Source: Candidatus Heimdallarchaeota archaeon (GTDB lineage Archaea; Asgardarchaeota; Heimdallarchaeia; Heimdallarchaeales; Heimdallarchaeaceae). From it: DNA of 64,000 nt. The notes beneath the pieces are model-generated. The model worked only from the letters and a program-made list of their open reading frames with translations. It was not told the origin of the DNA and did no database searches. Below are positions 62,042 through 64,000 of this stretch, in pieces; position 1 is the stretch's first letter; every line of letters begins with the position of its first letter. Both the position numbers and the translations under genes were made by a program. Where the stretch lies: contig JABCTC010000008.1 in the NCBI GenBank assembly GCA_018238545.1, forward strand, positions 31,161 through 95,160, given 5' to 3'.

Positions 62042-62263
62042 ATGGTAGATGAAATAGAAAGAGCAATAGATTCAATACCAAAGATAGCAACAAAACAAGC
62101 GTCAAAACAAGATGAGGGAATGGCAATATTGAATCTTGAGGATTTAATGACGGAAAAACCTAGAGCTAGTGTAAAAGAAATAGATGGTACTCATCGATTA
62201 ATTAAAATGATTGACAATAAAAAAAGATACACATACAAATCAAAGAATAGCTCTAGCAAGTAA
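62042..62263 (+). CDS. Hypothetical protein
   Basis: ATG-started ORF filling an intergenic gap; no motif recognised. Confidence 0.45.
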   Translation: MVDEIERAIDSIPKIATKQASKQDEGMAILNLEDLMTEKPRASVKEIDGTHRLIKMIDNKKRYTYKSKNSSSK

Positions 62264-62342
62264 TAGATTATTTATTCTCTCTATACAATAATTCTAAGTA
62301 TATACTTGTAAAATATAGTAGCTGCAATCATAGTTCAAAAGA

Positions 62343-62451
62343 TGGTGGGCCATCGCGGATTCGAACCGCGGACCTCACGGTTTTTGAGTTACACGCCTGC
62401 TAGCGTTTAAGCTATCAGCCGTGCGCTCTAACCAAACTGAGCTAATGGCCC
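62343..62451 (-). tRNA. tRNA-Ile(GAT) with 31-nt intron at position 37/38 (62382..62412), CCA encoded
   Basis: GGGCCAT/ATGGCCC acceptor stem, CACGG-CTGATA^A-CCGTG anticodon arm, 78 nt after splicing. Confidence 0.95.
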
Positions 62452-62498
62452 TTGTCAGTAATTGTTCCGTTGCATCATTATTTTAAAAGTTTTTTCTT

Positions 62499-62610
62499 AT
62501 GATTTAGATTTACTAGTAAATCTTATTTTGCTGTCCTCATCTCTGTATCGATTGCTCTACACAGTCAGACAACAAGGACGAATCACGGCGTCCACTGTCC
62601 CGGAGTTGAA
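62499..62610 (-). ncRNA. Candidate omegaRNA scaffold 3' part, overlapping the tnpB 3' end
   Basis: Hairpin GGACG-CCGTGATT-CGTCC (62576-62593); loop GUGAUU can pair with terminal AAUCAU (62504-62499). Confidence 0.55.
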
Positions 62611-63744
62611 TAACGACGGGAATACTTTTCGACCGATATTACCTGCAGCGTTGCAGTCGGCGTTGAGGAGAATATTATGCTTCGAACGAAAGAGACCACG
62701 ATGAAGGCGTTTTCCCAGATACTTAAGGTGTTTTCGTAGAGGTTCATTATCTAAGAAACTACACTTGGAGGTATACTCTTCTTCAACTAGCTCCACCCGT
62801 ATCCCTTGCTCTTCTGCTTTATAGTGGAGTTTCATAACTAAGGTATGAAAAGGTATGCTGACAAAGTTTTGATTATTTCTCTTCCCCATTTTTACCTTCT
62901 GTTTCCAGCCTTTATTATAACCAATAACCAAAGTGTCTATATGGTGGAGCAAGCAGTGATTGATTACTAACCTTGATGCTTTATGCAAGTAATTAGTTAT
63001 AATTCGTTCCCTTTCATCCATTAACTTGCGCAACTTTAACCCACTGAAGGAAAACTTTTGTTTCTTGTATGTTGATTGCAACTGGGCTTTTCGTTTATTA
63101 TACAATTGGTTGAAAGCTTTCAGTGGTCTACCATTGATGAGGAAGGGTGAACCGACAGTGCTTACACCTGTTATTAGATTGTTCACTCCTAAATCAATAG
63201 CAAGGATATTTTTTACGGGTTGGGATGTATGTTTCACTTCCTTCTCGTAGACAATTTCTAAAAGGAACGCTGTTCCTTTGGGGATAAGTCTTGCTTGTTT
63301 AACTCTCTCTTTTACCAATCGCGTTGTAATCACTAATCCCACTTGTTTAGGGAAGAAAAGTTGTCCTCCCCTTAGTTTCACTTGATTGTTAGTGAAATAG
63401 AGAATATGCAACCCTCTTTTTCTTTTATACTTTGGAGGTCGGGGAGAAGCAAGAAACTTCTTGGCGTTCTTCTTCCACTCCTTTACAGCTCGGAAGTACC
63501 CTTTCCAGTTTTTCACCAGAAATTTTATCGTCTGTTGAGCTGTATGTGCAGGTAAGCTAGTGTAGGTTGGATGATAACGGAGGATGTCCATCAACTCAAA
63601 AGCTGAAGTGAAATAATTATTCTTCTCTAGTTGGAATTTGATGATATAATTTGCATAATTATAGAGATTCTTTGCCTTGTGTGCTAGCAGCATCAGCGTG
63701 ACAGATTGCTTCACCCAGATCCGTTCAGTTCGCAGGACAAGCAT
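62557..63744 (-). CDS. tnpB: RNA-guided endonuclease TnpB, rearranged RuvC-II type
   Basis: AKNLYN N-terminus, LAIDLGVNN, VIGYNKGWKQ, VEEEYTSKCS, LNADCNAAGNI. Confidence 0.95.
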   Translation of the reverse strand: MLVLRTERIWVKQSVTLMLLAHKAKNLYNYANYIIKFQLEKNNYFTSAFELMDILRYHPTYTSLPAHTAQQTIKFLVKNWKGYFRAVKEWKKNAKKFLASPRPPKYKRKRGLHILYFTNNQVKLRGGQLFFPKQVGLVITTRLVKERVKQARLIPKGTAFLLEIVYEKEVKHTSQPVKNILAIDLGVNNLITGVSTVGSPFLINGRPLKAFNQLYNKRKAQLQSTYKKQKFSFSGLKLRKLMDERERIITNYLHKASRLVINHCLLHHIDTLVIGYNKGWKQKVKMGKRNNQNFVSIPFHTLVMKLHYKAEEQGIRVELVEEEYTSKCSFLDNEPLRKHLKYLGKRLHRGLFRSKHNILLNADCNAAGNIGRKVFPSLFNSGTVDAVIRPCCLTV

Positions 63745-64000
63745 TGTTTATTTAGTGTTATTTATCTATATAAACCTCCAATTTTACTAGTAAAAGTTAA
63801 CCATCATTCTGTTTGTTCTTTATTCTCTGGTTTTTATGTGAATTTCTCTTAACAATGAAAAGTATTAAAAAGATTATAGTGGGGAAAGGATTGCTAATAT
63901 CACAAAAATAACTGTGAATCAGTTATAGGTGATTGACGTCTTACTCCTTAATTAAGGAGCCGAGATTGTTCCTCTGTCCTTCTAAACGATAGGGGATCAT

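Larger units (their letters stand above)
62499..63802 (-). mobile_element. IS1341-type (tnpB-only) IS200/IS605 element with inferred ends
   Basis: Same palindrome TTTACTAGTAAA near both ends (62509-62520, 63783-63794); right end ...AATCAT; TGAT immediately outside the left end. Confidence 0.7.

Noticed and set aside
2915-63250. Many short ORFs nested in or antisense to confident genes (e.g. 2915, 8354, 11309, 23293, 32243, 49742, 57685, 60548, 63026)
   Set aside because: Fully overlap well-supported CDSs and have the composition of reverse-frame translations
62509-63794. TTTACTAGTAAA pair as a target-site duplication
   Set aside because: IS200/IS605 elements do not make TSDs, and each copy extends into its own longer hairpin, fitting subterminal TnpA-binding hairpins
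1-64000. CRISPR array or cas genes
   Set aside because: No regularly spaced repeat-spacer series seen; the RuvC proteins are TnpB-like with no adjacent array, so not called Cas12

Overview
AT-rich archaeal chromosome segment. Gene content and protein style suggest an Asgard archaeon, probably Heimdallarchaeia (inference). Most of it is housekeeping: PCNA end, GINS51, TFE, scattered A/V-ATPase subunits, NAC, exosome Csl4, RNAP subunits, aIF2-alpha/Nop10, tRNA/rRNA modification enzymes, SRP54, AspRS, ValRS, aRF1, ribosomal proteins and Hef. There are four tRNAs, two with introns. Accessory content: (i) a ~14 kb island between tRNA-Leu(TAA) and aspS, punctuated by two displaced, diverged copies of the aspS 3' end, which suggests serial insertion into aspS with C-terminal replacement. 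It carries a 2351-aa receptor-like membrane protein with cytoplasmic PD-(D/E)xK-like motifs plus two other restriction-endonuclease-fold candidates. (ii) two TnpB loci, each with an omegaRNA-type pseudoknot at the right end: one complete with a rearranged RuvC site, one truncated with a D-to-H change. (iii) candidate eukaryote-like proteins: a DPM2-like 84-aa membrane protein, a membrane-anchored proline-rich protein, a surface caspase-fold protease and a bactofilin-like protein. All calls come from motif recognition by eye; no searches were run.
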